DNA of 64,000 nucleotides, from positions 870,748 to 934,747 of the forward strand of contig NMRA01000076.1 of the NCBI GenBank assembly GCA_002633005.1, read 5' to 3'. The notes below the pieces were generated by a model. The model was given only the letters and a program-made list of their open reading frames with translations, was not told the DNA's origin and searched no databases. Positions 46,101-57,365 of the stretch are shown in pieces; the stretch's first letter is position 1, and each line of letters starts with the position of its first letter. This stretch comes from Phoronis australis. Taxonomy: Eukaryota; Animalia; Phoronida. The position numbers were made by a program, and so were the translations under genes.

Positions 46101-47486
46101 CTGATTCAGAAGTTGTGCTGCACAAAAGATTTTTAATGTCACACGTATTCTCCTTACAGACATTTTTTGAAGGCATTGAGAACCGGGTAAAGTCAGGAAT
46201 CAAGGAAGAAGAAGTAAGCTATCAGCTGGCATTCAGTAAGCAAGAGCTTCGGAAAGTGATCAAAGAGTACCCGGGCAGAGAGGTATGTTTACTATAGGAC
46301 AAGAGAACTAATGATGAATTTGTTCGCTACAGTTGCGCTCTTTAGATTTTTCTGATTTGTGTGCCTGTCGTACTAAAACAAAGAGGGATCTGTTTCCAGT
46401 CTTGTTTTAACAGACAATAAACCTGCTGCAAGAATGATTTTCATACTTATCTAGAACTAGAACTAGTCATCTTGATTTAGTTGCCTGTAATGACAAGCTG
46501 TGTGTAGGTGTCTAACAAAATTCACTAATGTCTTATCACATTCTGCAGGTGAAAAAGGACCTGGAACATTTGTGGAAGAAGGTGGAGAAGCACTTATGTG
46601 AAGAAGAAAATCTGTTCCAGGTGTGTGTGTGTGTGTGTGTGTGGTTGCTTTGAACTGGCAGGAGGAACACTAGGGGGTGCTGGGGTGTTGTGTTAGCCAC
46701 CAGGGCCGAGTTGCATAAAAGTTGTACGCTGTACAGCAACCATGATGGGATAATGAGTGGTCATTACCTGGTGCATGTAACATTGTGCTAGAGAGAGGGA
46801 CCTATGAGGTGCTGGGCTGATGTTTTGGCCACTAGGTGGTGATGTGCTGTTTTGCAGAATGGTGGTATGAGAGTCCATCACCAGGTAGTGTTGTAATAGG
46901 GAGAGGGTATAGTGGGATTGATAGTAGGTGGTCTGTGGTGACTGCTAGGTGCAGGTTGTTGGCTGCACAATTTGCTTCTTACAAACATCTTGAGGAATAT
47001 CTTGGCTCCGGTGTTGCCCCGGCAATTGGCTCAGGAGGCCACGGGGGATAGCTGGAGATGGACATCAGATGGCGTTGTAAGGTAAGTGGTGGCACAAGAG
47101 GCTGGGGTAATTGTTTTCTTATGTCAATGTAGTTAACCATGAAGTCTATTCTTTTAATGAAGCCATTTAGTGGGCAAATATCAAGAAAGCTTTTTTTGGT
47201 AGCAAACAGATGCAGTGGTAGCAGATTCACCATAAGGGTATATTGTAACTTCACTGTGAAAAACATTCCATGTCATAAACTGCTGTATCTGTCTCTATAA
47301 TAGTCAGTTTGTTCATAAATTCTGTTCTAGGTTGTGTGGCACTCTATTCAAGACGAATTCATCAAGCAGTACTCCCATTTTGAGAAGCTGATTGAGAGCT
47401 GTTACCCAGGTTCTGGTATATCGCTGGATTTCACCATTAATGACATTCTAGAGTTCTTCTCAGATATTGCCAAAGTACAAAAGTGA
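25001..47486 (+). CDS. EXOC1: Exocyst complex component 1 (Sec3), multi-exon gene span, ~913 aa
   Basis: 20 GT-AG exons with consistent phases sum to 2742 nt. Starts [20 protein letters not shown]; internal [55 protein letters not shown]; ends LEFFSDIAK, all typical of EXOC1. Confidence 0.96.
25263..25505 (+). mobile_element. tRNA-derived SINE with 11-bp target-site duplication
   Basis: A box TGGCCTAGTGTG, B box GGTTCGAGTCC, CORE-like middle (ccttgagtcaagtttctagctcctcagcttggtttt), AT tail; TSD ttagcctcagt at 25252-25262 and 25506-25516. Confidence 0.82.
26400..26530 (+). CDS. EXOC1: EXOC1 exon 2
   Basis: [19 protein letters not shown]...[11 protein letters not shown]; cttcag/gtataa. Confidence 0.92.
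26697..26856 (+). CDS. EXOC1: EXOC1 exon 3
   Basis: [19 protein letters not shown]...QQLLE; ttgcag/gtttgt. Confidence 0.92.
27274..27464 (+). CDS. EXOC1: EXOC1 exon 4
   Basis: ETSQKDDSK...[14 protein letters not shown]...LSVLDG; cttcag/gtaagt. Confidence 0.92.
27894..28019 (+). CDS. EXOC1: EXOC1 exon 5
   Basis: [13 protein letters not shown]...YDDILV; tcttag/gtttgt. Confidence 0.92.
28391..28492 (+). CDS. EXOC1: EXOC1 exon 6
   Basis: [13 protein letters not shown]...LLTELESLV; cgacag/gtaagc. Confidence 0.92.
28862..29104 (+). CDS. EXOC1: EXOC1 exon 7
   Basis: KSLDLQHKH...[16 protein letters not shown]; gtgcag/gtatat. Confidence 0.92.
29799..30048 (+). CDS. EXOC1: EXOC1 exon 8
   Basis: [11 protein letters not shown]...[15 protein letters not shown]...LYDREIKEF; tgccag/gtgggt. 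Confidence 0.92.
30276..30445 (+). CDS. EXOC1: EXOC1 exon 9
   Basis: [19 protein letters not shown]...[14 protein letters not shown]; ttacag/gtaaca. Confidence 0.88.
30855..31273. mobile_element. MITE (~420 bp); related fragment at 6982-7058
   Basis: TIR tgcagcacaggtcacaattttttat / ataaaaaattgtgacctgtcctgca (24/25); gcacaggtcac...ctgttaattttt...gcagaccaca recurs at 6982-7058. Confidence 0.78.
31955..32062 (+). CDS. EXOC1: EXOC1 exon 10
   Basis: [26 protein letters not shown]...DKAQ; tttcag/gtattt. Confidence 0.92.
32487..32560 (+). CDS. EXOC1: EXOC1 exon 11 (variable linker)
   Basis: [24 protein letters not shown]; ccgcag/gtgagt; supplies the required phase 0 to 2 change. Confidence 0.82.
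34022..34111 (+). CDS. EXOC1: EXOC1 exon 12 (symmetric 90-nt, likely cassette)
   Basis: [29 protein letters not shown]; acccag/gtaagt; phase 2-2. Confidence 0.75.
38820..38924 (+). CDS. EXOC1: EXOC1 exon 13
   Basis: [34 protein letters not shown]; ttttag/gtacgc. Confidence 0.9.
40332..40458 (+). CDS. EXOC1: EXOC1 exon 14 (copy 1)
   Basis: [13 protein letters not shown]...[12 protein letters not shown]; ttacag/gtagga. Confidence 0.8.
40880..40963 (+). CDS. EXOC1: EXOC1 exon 15 (copy 1, donor lost at the N)
   Basis: [28 protein letters not shown], followed directly by N at 40964. Confidence 0.65.
42065..42191 (+). CDS. EXOC1: EXOC1 exon 14 (copy 2)
   Basis: Same sequence as 40332-40458 by eye. 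Confidence 0.8.
42613..42696 (+). CDS. EXOC1: EXOC1 exon 15 (copy 2, intact donor)
   Basis: Same peptide as copy 1; ttgcag/gtaaat. Confidence 0.88.
42773..42967 (+). repeat. (CAGTA/CAGTG)n pentanucleotide microsatellite
   Basis: cagtacagtacagta...cagtgcagtactgtgcagtg. Confidence 0.92.
43931..44105 (+). CDS. EXOC1: EXOC1 exon 16
   Basis: [23 protein letters not shown]...[16 protein letters not shown]; tttcag/gtcagt. Confidence 0.93.
45234..45358 (+). CDS. EXOC1: EXOC1 exon 17
   Basis: [22 protein letters not shown]...LGRPLEKLH; ccgtag/gtaagt. Confidence 0.93.
46160..46282 (+). CDS. EXOC1: EXOC1 exon 18
   Basis: [41 protein letters not shown]; ttacag/gtatgt. Confidence 0.94.
46549..46620 (+). 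CDS. EXOC1: EXOC1 exon 19
   Basis: [24 protein letters not shown]; ctgcag/gtgtgt. Confidence 0.92.
46621..46642 (+). repeat. (GT)n microsatellite forming the exon 19 donor
   Basis: GT dinucleotide run directly after ...TTCCAG. Confidence 0.9.
47331..47486 (+). CDS. EXOC1: EXOC1 terminal exon 20
   Basis: [14 protein letters not shown]...[28 protein letters not shown]; ttctag acceptor. Confidence 0.93.
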   Translation, partial: VVWHSIQDEFIKQYSHFEKLIESCYPGSGISLDFTINDILEFFSDIAKVQK

Positions 47487-48746
47487 AAGGTTAATTATAA
47501 GATGTCAAACACTCTCATTGAAGACATCTTAGTTATAGATTGTAAAGAAGATACCACTGAGCAGCTAAGGACATGAGATTGAAAAATCAGCTCATTGAGA
47601 GTCGCAATCTTTGTTATGTGAGGAAATAATATTTGTTCTAAATAAGATAACTTTTTTCAGATGTATTCAGCGGCGAGAGATGTAGATTGTACAATGAGTT
47701 CTTACGTTGAGAAACAGAGGATTTGTTACATGAGGGTACTGTAGCTTAATTCTTTGGCTTCTGGGTTCTCATATGGGAAACGCCAGCTTTTCAGTTTTAA
47801 AAATTCTGGTTTCATAGGCACATTTTTAAGCACATGTATGAGGTCTCCCAGGTTCCTTTTTGCTGGACCTGTGGTAGACTGTGGATAATGGGGAAAATTG
47901 ATATCCCTGGTGTGATGAGTAAACTTGAGAATATGCTATCAGGAATTATTACCAAACCACAGAGAATCCTGTCTTTAGATTGCTTGAAACATGGTATGCT
48001 AACTTCCGATGTAGTGTAATAGTTACCACTATGTAGTCTCATAGTTACCAGCTTAGTCTGAAATGTCACTTTTTATTCATCCCAACCGGATGCTAGTTGT
48101 CACTGCTGGTGATCTGATTTATCAGATACTGTTGGAAATCATATACCCTGGCCCCCAAGCATGCACTTGGTGTCTGCACATCCGAGTAGGTAAGAAAAGC
48201 TTTAGAGTCTAATAAGAGACGAGAAATCTGAGGAAAGAACATGAGTGGTCGTGTAATGAAACAAATACAATCTGATTCCTTGGGTGTATCAGTCATATGG
48301 ACCAAGGGAGAGAAACATTGGCTCTTGGTTTGGTGCAGTACTACTCTCGCTTGGTCTATATGACTTGATATTAACCCATATTTTTATGGTGCATTTGCCA
48401 TTGGTGATCAAGCTATCTTTAATGTGTGACTGTGGTGCTACTGCGTTTTTCATTTACTGAGAAGAGTTAAACAAAGGTCATAACATTATCCTGTGCTCAC
48501 TCTACAGCTTTGAAATGTGGTTGAGAAAATCATTCAGGTCTTCAGGTATCTGTAGATTCAGTAACCTTAAAAGGAAATTGTGGGAACCAGCAATGGAAAT
48601 CGTAATACTACCACATTCACATACGGGAACATACCAGTAGAAATTAAAAAATACCGTTAAATTTCAGCAAAAGTGCTTGATTTCATATGGCCGGGTCGTG
48701 GCAAAATTGGCTAGTTTCGTGCAACTATGTGCAAGACTTTCCGTCT

Positions 48747-48873
48747 CATTGGCGGATCTAGGGTAGTTTAATTTGTGGAGTAGCCAATACACAATTTCCC
48801 AGGGTCAAATGGCGGGTAAAAGCACACCCCGTTTTTTCTCTGTTTAGGTCGTGTCCGTAGGAGTGGGAACCCT

Positions 48874-48905
<32 letters not shown>

Positions 48906-48924
48906 TTTGTAAATCCACCTACAG
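48747..48924. mobile_element. degenerate GGCGGATC-type MITE with poly-C tract
   Basis: cattggcggatctag ... poly-C ... taaatccacct; same layout as 61747-62044. Confidence 0.55.
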
Positions 48925-49820
48925 TGCCTCTTCAACAATTTAAATAGACTTGGAAACTGACATTCAGTCCATTCGGGAGAATCATACTGGCGTGTCCTGG
49001 CTGGGGGTACTACGAACGAAAGGCACAACAGGCCTGTGTAAACTTAATTTCGTACGTATTCAATGCACCTACATTGGAAATGTCGACAATATTGGCGAGG
49101 TGTTGTCTATTGTGAAAAACATCGTGCCCTTAGATAAATGTCCGTATAAACCCATGCATAAAGTATTTAATAAAAACAGTACGATATGTGCGGGCGAGGT
49201 GACGAATAATGCGTTGGCTTTTAACCTCAGCAATTTTGCAGAGAATTTCGCTCTTACCGACTAGTTGTACCAACGGCATTTTATTCTCTGGTAAGTGCTT
49301 GAAAGGTGTACGTTATGTACGTAGCTACTTTGGGAAGGGTCACAATGTTATATTCAGTGATGCGTAACGTGAATATTATAGTTGACGTACTCTAGTGATT
49401 CGAGTACCTTTGTTAGATATCAGTCGTTACTCGTACTTGTAAGTACGCTTCTGAGATGCACGAACGATAGCGTAATGATGCGCTCTATTCCATCAGGGGC
49501 GTTTATCTCACTCATGGTAATGCCGGAACTTAGCGAATTCTAAATTCTTGGACGAATTAATCTTTGGCGTATTAAATGTCTGCAATCCATAGCATGACGT
49601 GTGGTATTTATATTCGAAGGCTGTCTATACATGATGAATTGTTAGCTTGTATTGTGTTGTATTCTGTTGTTTTGTATTATATGGTAGCATCATTAGATGT
49701 ATAAACATGGTCTTCAATTTCTCCCAATTACGGTAATTGAGAAAGGGGCCGAACGTTTTTTGTTAAAAGCATCGCTTCTGCTCCGTTGAACTGAGTAGAC
49801 AGTCTGGCGGTTGATATGGC

Positions 49821-49963
49821 CTGGGTAGAGTTCAGTAGCTGTCACGCGGCTAGAAGAATCTGGCCCAAATCACGTGCTATCATTCAAAATACACGACAGT
49901 CTCGCGTAATCTCGCATAGTCTTGCTATTTAGCGAGGTCTTAGAGTTACTGAACTTTACCCTG
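49821..49963 (+). mobile_element. short MITE, copy A (3' of HSP70)
   Basis: TIR ctgggtagagttcagtagc / gttactgaactttaccctg; body shared with 54087-54223. Confidence 0.72.
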
Positions 49964-49977
49964 CTTCCTCAAGTCCC

Positions 49978-50188
49978 GGGGCTCGTTCCAAGAAAACTTT
50001 ACTTACAGTCAATTTGAAGATGAAGCTTAAATTTGTCTCAAGACCGTTTCAAGACTCTTACGTTTTTGACTTAAGTTTTGTCTTAATTTTTACTATCTTA
50101 CCGGACGTGGAAGTTTCAAAGTTTGGAAATTGAGACAAATCTTAGACTTAAGTCAAAAATGAGCTTTAGTCAGTTTCTTGGAAAGGGC
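49978..50188. mobile_element. palindromic MITE (Harbinger-like termini)
   Basis: ggggctcgttccaagaaaac / gtttcttggaaagggc; internal tttttgacttaag / cttaagtcaaaaa. Confidence 0.65.
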
Positions 50189-51038
50189 ATTGTTGTAATC
50201 TTCTAGAAATAGACTTCACGGAACCAAATCACTTCATGAATTTGTGTGTGCTTTTGTCGCTGTAACCCAGACTATGATAAAACTGCCTTCTATTACATAA
50301 TTCAACTCGCGATTAAAACCCCTACTGTTATAAAATTGGTATCAATTTATCCCATTGTCCAAATCGGTGGCGATTTCAGGGCCTCCACAATTCGCTAATG
50401 CTCGAGATCAGTTTCTTCAAGTTGACCTGTCAAGGTGAAATTTGGCGATTTGTACTATAATCACGAAACAACGAATTTTGTCGTTTCATAGCTTCAAAGC
50501 TAATAAAACAGGACTGAAGAATGTATCTCATCCAGCAATGGCCATTGCCCGTATAACAGATGATTTCCCTTTAAAAATGATATGGTAGTTGAATAACCGT
50601 CCCATGCGCCGAGTCTGAACAAAATTTGTTCACTTTTTCTTTAAAGTCTCTACAGTGAGACTCAAGTGTGGCGTCTGCTCCATGCAAAAATAAGATATCT
50701 GGTATACAAGAAACCCTTTGATTCCGGTCAAAACTTTTTCTGTTATTCATATTTTATAGCATTTTGCAAACATTATTTTTGTGATACTATGGGTATGAGT
50801 TGTGTGAGTTACACCAACGGCATTGGTGCAAAAATACGTTTGTTAAAAAATTGAAAATAGTTTTTCTTAGACTACTATTATACAGCAGCTGTACAATGCG
50901 CAGGTGACTGACAATGAGCGGATGAGAAATAAAGTTTAGGCCTGGTGGGTTCTTGTTCCTCGGAAAAATGTTCAAAATACTAAGGTCGCGGTGTCTATCA
51001 CGAAGTTTTATACTAACCTATACAAATATTTTAGAACG

Positions 51039-51044
51039 TTTATT
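51039..51044 (-). terminator. candidate HSP70 polyadenylation signal (AATAAA)
   Basis: TTTATT on + strand ~350 nt past the stop codon, in an AU-rich 3' region. Confidence 0.45.
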
Positions 51045-51396
51045 TAAAATAAATAAAATTGTTGCAATTCATAAAATCAAAACTGAATGACATGGTAACA
51101 AAACAAAGTTAAATTCACTCCTTAAATAATACAGGCATTCACGTGTGACTCAGAATATAAAATCAAGAAAAAGTATAATAATTATTAAGCAACAATATAA
51201 CATTACTCTGACCAAACTGTCGGTATTGCAAATCAGTAGATTACCGAGACAATAATCATCGGTACCGGCTCGTCACTTCCTTTTTGTTCGCATAAGATAG
51301 AGCATGCAGGTACTTGAGTTCGTTTACCATATGCATATTAAGCATGCAGACTAGTCTTAGTTCAAACACAACCAATACTCCCCCAATTAAATTGGG

Positions 51397-53310
51397 TTAA
51401 TCAACTTCTTCCACAGTAGGCTCTCCGGTTTGAGCGAAGTTCTGGGACCCGTCGTTCGCTTTATCACCAGCGTGGATTTTTGTCATGATGGGAGAGCAAA
51501 ATTTTTGAATTTCATTTAGCTGGTGTTCAAACTCTTCTTTTTCAGCCAGGTTATTTTTGTCCAACCAACTTATAACCTCTTCACACTTTTTGACGACACT
51601 CTCTTTATCCGAATCTGATATTTTGGAATTTCTCGCCCCATCTTCAGCCGCTTGCTTACAGTTAAATACGTAGCTCTCTAGTTGGTTCTTGGCCGCCACA
51701 CGAGCGCGCTGCTTGTCGTCCTCGTCTCGAAACTTCTCCGCGTCATTCACCATGCGCTCAATTTCCTCCTTTGACAGCCTGCCTTTGTCGTTGCTGATGG
51801 TGATGTTGTTAGACTTGCCTGAGCTCTTGTCGCGTGCACTTACTTTCAAAATACCATTTGTATCCACATCGAAGGTGACTTCAATCTGAGGCACGCCTCT
51901 TGGTGCTGGAGGAATACCAGACAGTTCAAACTGGCCCAGGAGGTTGTTGTCCTTGGTCATAGCCCTCTCACCTTCAAACACCTGGACGGTCACACCTGGC
52001 TGATTGTCTGCGTATGTAGTGAAAATCTGCGATTTATTCAGAGGAACCTTGCTGTTTCTGTCTATGATGTTAGTCATGACGCCACCTGCCGTCTCGATGC
52101 CAAGTGACAAGGGAGTGACATCAACAAGCAGCAAATCAGAAACGGCATCATCTTTAACACCGGACAAAATGGCAGCTTGAACAGCTGCGCCATAAGCAAC
52201 AGCCTCGTCGGGGTTGATAGACTTATTCAGTTCCTTTCCATTCAAGAAATCCACGAGCAACTTTTGAATCTTAGGAATTCTTGTCGACCCACCCACCAGG
52301 ACTACTTCATGCAGTTGAGATTTGTCAAGTTTGGCGTCTCTCAAACATGTTTCTACTGGCTCGAGAGTTTTTCTGAACAAATCCCCGCACAATTCTTCGA
52401 AACGGGCACGGGTTATTTTTGTGTAAAAGTCAATTCCTTCATACAGCGAATCAATTTCCACACTTGCTTCAGTTCCACTCGACAGCGTTCTCTTTGCACG
52501 TTCACATGCAGTGCGTAGACGTCTCAGGGATCGGGGATTCACGCTCAAATCTTTGTGATGTTTTCGGTTAAATTCTTGGACAAAATGGGCCACCAACCTG
52601 TTGTCAAAGTCCTCCCCACCTAGATGAGTGTCGCCAGCCGTCGCCATGACTTCAAACAGAGAACCATCACTGATGTTAAGGATAGAAACATCGAAGGTAC
52701 CACCACCAAGGTCAAAAATCAAAACGTTTTTCTCACCCTTCAGATTTTTATCCAATCCGTAGGCCAGAGCAGCTGCGGTCGGTTCGTTGATAATTCGCAT
52801 CACATTCAACCCAGCAATGGAGCCTGCATCTTTCGTCGCCTGTCTCTGAGAATCATTGAAATACGCCGGAACTGTTACCACAGCATTTGTGACCGTCTGA
52901 CCTAAATATGCCTCGGCTGTTTCCTTCATACTGGTCAACACCATCGAACTGATTTCCTCTGGCGTAAATGTTTTCGGTTCGCCCTTGTAGTTGACTTTAA
53001 GTTTTGGTTTACCTCCAACATTATCCACTTTAAACGGCCAGTGTTTCATATCGTCTTGCACAGCCGTGTCGTTGAACCGCCTTCCAATCAGACGTTTGGC
53101 GTCAAAAATGGTGTTGAGGGGATTCATGGCGACCTGGTTTTTCGCTCCATCCCCGATCAGTCGTTCCGTGTCCGTAAATGCGACGTAACTCGGCGTAGTT
53201 CTGTTTCCCTGGTCGTTGGCAATTATCTCAACCTTGCCGTGCTGAAAAATTCCAACACAAGAGTAGGTTGTACCCAGGTCTATGCCAATAGCGGGAGCTT
53301 TCTGTGCCAT
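51397..53310 (-). CDS. HSP70: Heat shock 70 kDa protein, cytosolic, intronless inducible type (637 aa)
   Basis: All three HSP70 signatures ([37 protein letters not shown]), C-terminal EEVD, no GGMP repeats, no introns, HSEs upstream. Confidence 0.98.
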   Translation of the reverse strand: MAQKAPAIGIDLGTTYSCVGIFQHGKVEIIANDQGNRTTPSYVAFTDTERLIGDGAKNQVAMNPLNTIFDAKRLIGRRFNDTAVQDDMKHWPFKVDNVGGKPKLKVNYKGEPKTFTPEEISSMVLTSMKETAEAYLGQTVTNAVVTVPAYFNDSQRQATKDAGSIAGLNVMRIINEPTAAALAYGLDKNLKGEKNVLIFDLGGGTFDVSILNISDGSLFEVMATAGDTHLGGEDFDNRLVAHFVQEFNRKHHKDLSVNPRSLRRLRTACERAKRTLSSGTEASVEIDSLYEGIDFYTKITRARFEELCGDLFRKTLEPVETCLRDAKLDKSQLHEVVLVGGSTRIPKIQKLLVDFLNGKELNKSINPDEAVAYGAAVQAAILSGVKDDAVSDLLLVDVTPLSLGIETAGGVMTNIIDRNSKVPLNKSQIFTTYADNQPGVTVQVFEGERAMTKDNNLLGQFELSGIPPAPRGVPQIEVTFDVDTNGILKVSARDKSSGKSNNITISNDKGRLSKEEIERMVNDAEKFRDEDDKQRARVAAKNQLESYVFNCKQAAEDGARNSKISDSDKESVVKKCEEVISWLDKNNLAEKEEFEHQLNEIQKFCSPIMTKIHAGDKANDGSQNFAQTGEPTVEEVD

Positions 53311-53431
53311 TATATAGCCGGTGGAATGCCGAACTCACTTGAATAATATATACCGTTGAGATTTTCTTTCGCGACCTACTGTTTTATTCACAGTTTGTGA
53401 TCATGAACTAACCCATGGCAAACGGAATCTC

Positions 53432-53590
53432 TTCTTATAGTCTCAAGAAGAGAAATTTCTAGAACATTACTCTGATTTCGTCAGAATCTAGTCCGTTCTA
53501 TAATTATCTCGAATGTTCTAGTGTTTTCCACTCGGGGATTTCCACTCGCATTGGGGAATCTTCTAGAAACTAGGTTAAAGGTCACGTGAT
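53432..53590 (-). promoter_or_regulatory. HSP70 promoter: TATA box, heat-shock elements, kappaB-like site, E-box
   Basis: TATAAGAA on - strand at 53439-53432; three-unit HSEs aGAAatTTCtaGAAc (53451-53465) and gGAAtcTTCtaGAAa (53555-53569); partial HSE near 53510-53529; GGGGATTTCC at 53534-53543; GTCACGTGAT at 53581-53590. Confidence 0.85.
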
Positions 53591-54086
53591 GTAAACATAA
53601 CCTTATAGTCAAGGGAGATAATTACCCAAGTTATTGACGAATCAACAACAACGAGTTCGCTTGTCAATATCAGGGTTGACTTACTTGAAGCCACCTTATC
53701 TAAAGGTAACGAATACACATACGTACGCTAACTCGACGTCACCATAGCGTCACCTTATAAAGTTGTGTCGTAACTTAATATAAAGTAACCTCGAATTGAC
53801 CTTAGCACCAGCTCGATTTCAATGTGCTTGTATGGCGTCACCACCATGCCCGCCTGTGACACCTGGCAGATTTTTTGTTATCAATACTGATTGTGACTTC
53901 AGTACTCGGGCCTGTAGCCAGCACATGAGCGGGGATGGTTCGAATTTCTAGAAAGGTGGACAAGCAACAGTAATCAAATTCGGACGTTATGTGATCCATA
54001 AATATAGACTAACGTTCTCGCCATTCCGCGAATAATACGCTTGCAATTACCGCCCTTCCTTCTGAGCGGCTTTCACCAGGCGTGCG

Positions 54087-54223
54087 TTCAGTAGACGCTA
54101 GGCCCTACGCTAGGACCTAGCTAAAACCTAGTCAAAGTCACGTGTTCTCATTTAAAATGCACGGCAATATCTCACGTAATCTCGCGAAGTCTTGCTTTTT
54201 AGCGAGGTCCTAGCGTTACTGAA
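54087..54223 (+). mobile_element. short MITE, copy B (5' of HSP70)
   Basis: ttcagta...tactgaa ends; internal acgctaggacctagctaaaa / ttttagcgaggtcctagcgt; ~85-bp body matches 49870-49954. Confidence 0.72.
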
Positions 54224-55214
54224 GGGGAGGCAGGATCAAAGAGAGTGCGGCGCCCGTGTCGGATACGGTTGTGTTGACCACATTACGGTCCTACGCTAGC
54301 AAGACCCAATTAAGTGTAATTACCCCACCATAAACTGTCATAAGTATCACTGCCTGTACATAATGGCGAATTTTCAACATGCATTAATAAATAATTTTTG
54401 TTGAAACCGAATACCACGGCGGTATTCAGCTGGAAAAAAACAACCAAGTAAGGTTTTGGATTTTCAAAAATCAATGAACTTAGCTAAAAACTACAAACAT
54501 CAAGTTGGGTACCATTGAAGATAAACGACCAAGCGCATAGATACAATCGGGGGATTTACAGACACTGATCAGAGTTAACAATATATTACATGGATTATTC
54601 TTTTAATATTCTTTCAATCTCGTTTTACCAGATTTTTGACTAGGAAACAGTTGTATTTAACTTGTGCCCACTCTATATGTTTATGGCTGACAAAAAGCTA
54701 GATTAGTTATGTAGTTAGTGCAACCGAAGTCGTTTGGAGATTCTAAATCTTCAATTTGGCTATCACCTTTGGCACTTTTGTATATATTTTATGATTTGAG
54801 TTCTAGTAAAGATTAAGCTTGAACTAATGACAAGTATGGTTTTGTTCGCTGTCAAATGTTTAATGTAGCTGCAATCTGGAAAGTTCAAGGATGGGTTCAG
54901 AATTAGCTGGCGATCAAATCTACTACTGTTTTTGGTACTTCAAGTTCAAAAATAAAATAAAAAGATATCAACCCGTTCCTGCCGTGGTAAGAAAAAAACA
55001 ACAACATGAGTATTAAAATGAAATAACAAAAAGCCGGTATGAAACATATTTAAAACCTTCGTTCCTTTGGGAAGTTGCCCATAGTCAAGAAAAACACATA
55101 TTATTTTTTTAGTCTTACGAATACGGAAAATGAGTACGTACTTGCATTTATAAAAGAATATGAAGTAGGAATGTTGATGAATTATCGACTACGATACAGT
55201 CAATTGCATTTCAC

Positions 55215-55790
55215 TTTTATTTTATTTATTTATTGTGATATTTACAATGAAGGTAACCCCATTATTTTTCACTGCTTTCCATGGGGGCCCTCAATAAAAG
55301 CATATAAGGACAGAAAGACACATAAACAGACTTAAAAAATGAATGACCATACTTAAATGACATGGAAAGACTGATGGAACAAATTAAATAATAAACAAAC
55401 AATAAATGGAATATGCTAAAATTATAAGACAACATGATTAAACAAAAACAGTTAAATAAATAATGAACATAATTAATAAAAGTACAAGACATCATGTACA
55501 TAGATGAATAAAATAGGATATTGAGGGCATGATATGATTTACATAGAACACTTCTAATTAAACTGACGTCTGATAATTCTTCCACCATCTTGTTAAGATG
55601 CAGATTTGGAATCGGAGCGGAGTGTGTTCCATAAATAAGCCCTGATGTAAGTAAATGAATTTTTACCAGTTTCGGCAAATTGAAATTGGATGACTGTGAG
55701 ACCCTTGCGTTGTAGCGATTAGCAGGTATCGTAAACAATATTAGAATCGGCGCCTGTATCTTCGTTAGGGAGACACCTCATTGATAAAAA
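55215..55790 (-). mobile_element. degenerate 3' end of an L2/CR1-type LINE
   Basis: Minus-strand peptide relics RYNARVSQSSNFNLPK and (shifted frame) RAYLWNTL resemble the C-terminus of CR1/L2 ORF2, followed by a 3'UTR and (TAAA)n tail at 55215-55234. Confidence 0.5.
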
Positions 55791-57365
55791 CTTCCAGAAT
55801 CTTCGAAAGATCTACTTCATGTTCATGAAAACGAATCGTGGTACATTGTACAATTTGAGAATTTTGTGACCATGGGCTTCGTCTATAAATTATGATCTTA
55901 GATGGCACTCTGTTGACGGAAGAGGGTAACCGAGGCAAAAGACATCATTTCGTCAGGCCAATGTACCTCTATTTTCCGATGAAAATCAGAGAACATACAT
56001 CCGTCAAGAAAATAAATCAGTACCAGAGATTGGTTTTCACCTTATCGAGACTATTTTCTAGATGTCAGGTTACTATGCATCACGAAATAAACCGTTTTCA
56101 TTCACAATAAGTGACTAATGAATTTAAGCTCACAGTCACTTCGTAAAACATTGTGGTGCATGTTCAAGTCGTCTTGGAAATAATTGTAGTTTAACTGGTT
56201 ATGGTAGAACAGACATTTCCCTACGGTTGCCATTATTCAAATTGTCTGCGTTAAAGGGAGTTGAAGATAAAGCAACTTCACCTAAAATTGTTTTACAATA
56301 TGTAGGGTGCTAGAATATGCAAATTTGCCTAACTTAGGAACATCATGTATCGGGAATGTCTGATCGTGTTTAGGTGAAATATTCAAACATAATGTTGTAT
56401 GAACCATAGCTCCAGAACGCTGTTTTTGAAATGGTACGCTTTTGCATGAGGGTCGGACTATCAAAAATAGGAGTTTCGTGATTTTCGTGAAAATTTTGTA
56501 AAGTTAGATAAACGATAACAAAACGACGTTTTAGGAAATTCAACTGTAACATCGTTTCTGAGATCTCATCTTGCCTCTCAGACTATAACCAGAATACGTC
56601 GACCGGCGTCAGTCCGAAAATGTTAATTTGGCGTTGTCGCCGTTGTCGCCGTTGTCTCCGGCCGTAAAGTGAAAATCCGTCCCGGACTGATTCTGAAGAT
56701 ACACAGACAAAACCAAAACATAAAATTTGGAAAATGACGCATGAATGCATTGCCTGTGTTCTTATTGGTAAATGTAGTACAAATAACATCCTTTCACAGA
56801 AAGGGGTATTATGAGACAGAATAAAGGCCGAATTCCATTTTCGTTTTTAGCCATGCGACGAAATGCTTTGAGATTCAACTGCCGGCGCTGAACCATCGGG
56901 CATAACTGAAAACAAGAAGAGATAACCGCGTTACATCAGTGAGAATTATCCAAGTTTTGAGCGAAAAATATGCCAACAAAATACTTTATACGGACCCGGG
57001 CCCTACGTACGTGCACCCTTTTCAGGGAGTTTCTAGTACAACACTCGATGAGGTACCCGTTCGTGGTGCATTTTCAGGGAAATGTCGTTAAAAACTTGAA
57101 GTCTTTCACTCGAGCGGGCCGTTCCTTACACATGGAAGGGAATAACCCCACGCCCGTTTGAATCAGCGCGTCGACTGCTCAACGGGCTGAGAAAAAGGTA
57201 CGCTGGTACGCGTAGCTCAAGAAACTTTTTAGATCAAAGCGACCCCCATGCCCCATTGGCAAACAAAAACAACTAGCGACATCTAGTCGGTCGGTGACCC
57301 AGTTAAAAAAAACGATAGTAGCTTGCCGCGATTAGTGTATTTCTGCAAGTAACATAACAAAAAGG

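Noticed and set aside
46680-47090. G-rich segment with a GTAAGT donor in the last EXOC1 intron as an extra exon
   Set aside because: Exons 19 and 20 already join into the conserved LFQ-VVW motif, and no convincing acceptor or homologous frame was found.
48768-49028. Poly-Gly ORF
   Set aside because: Comes from the poly-C tract inside a MITE.
51689-53346. Several + strand ORFs overlapping HSP70
   Set aside because: Antisense shadows of the HSP70 coding sequence, with no independent motifs.
55262-55738. 158-aa ORF as a host gene
   Set aside because: Low-complexity AT-rich translation overlapping a decayed LINE 3' end.
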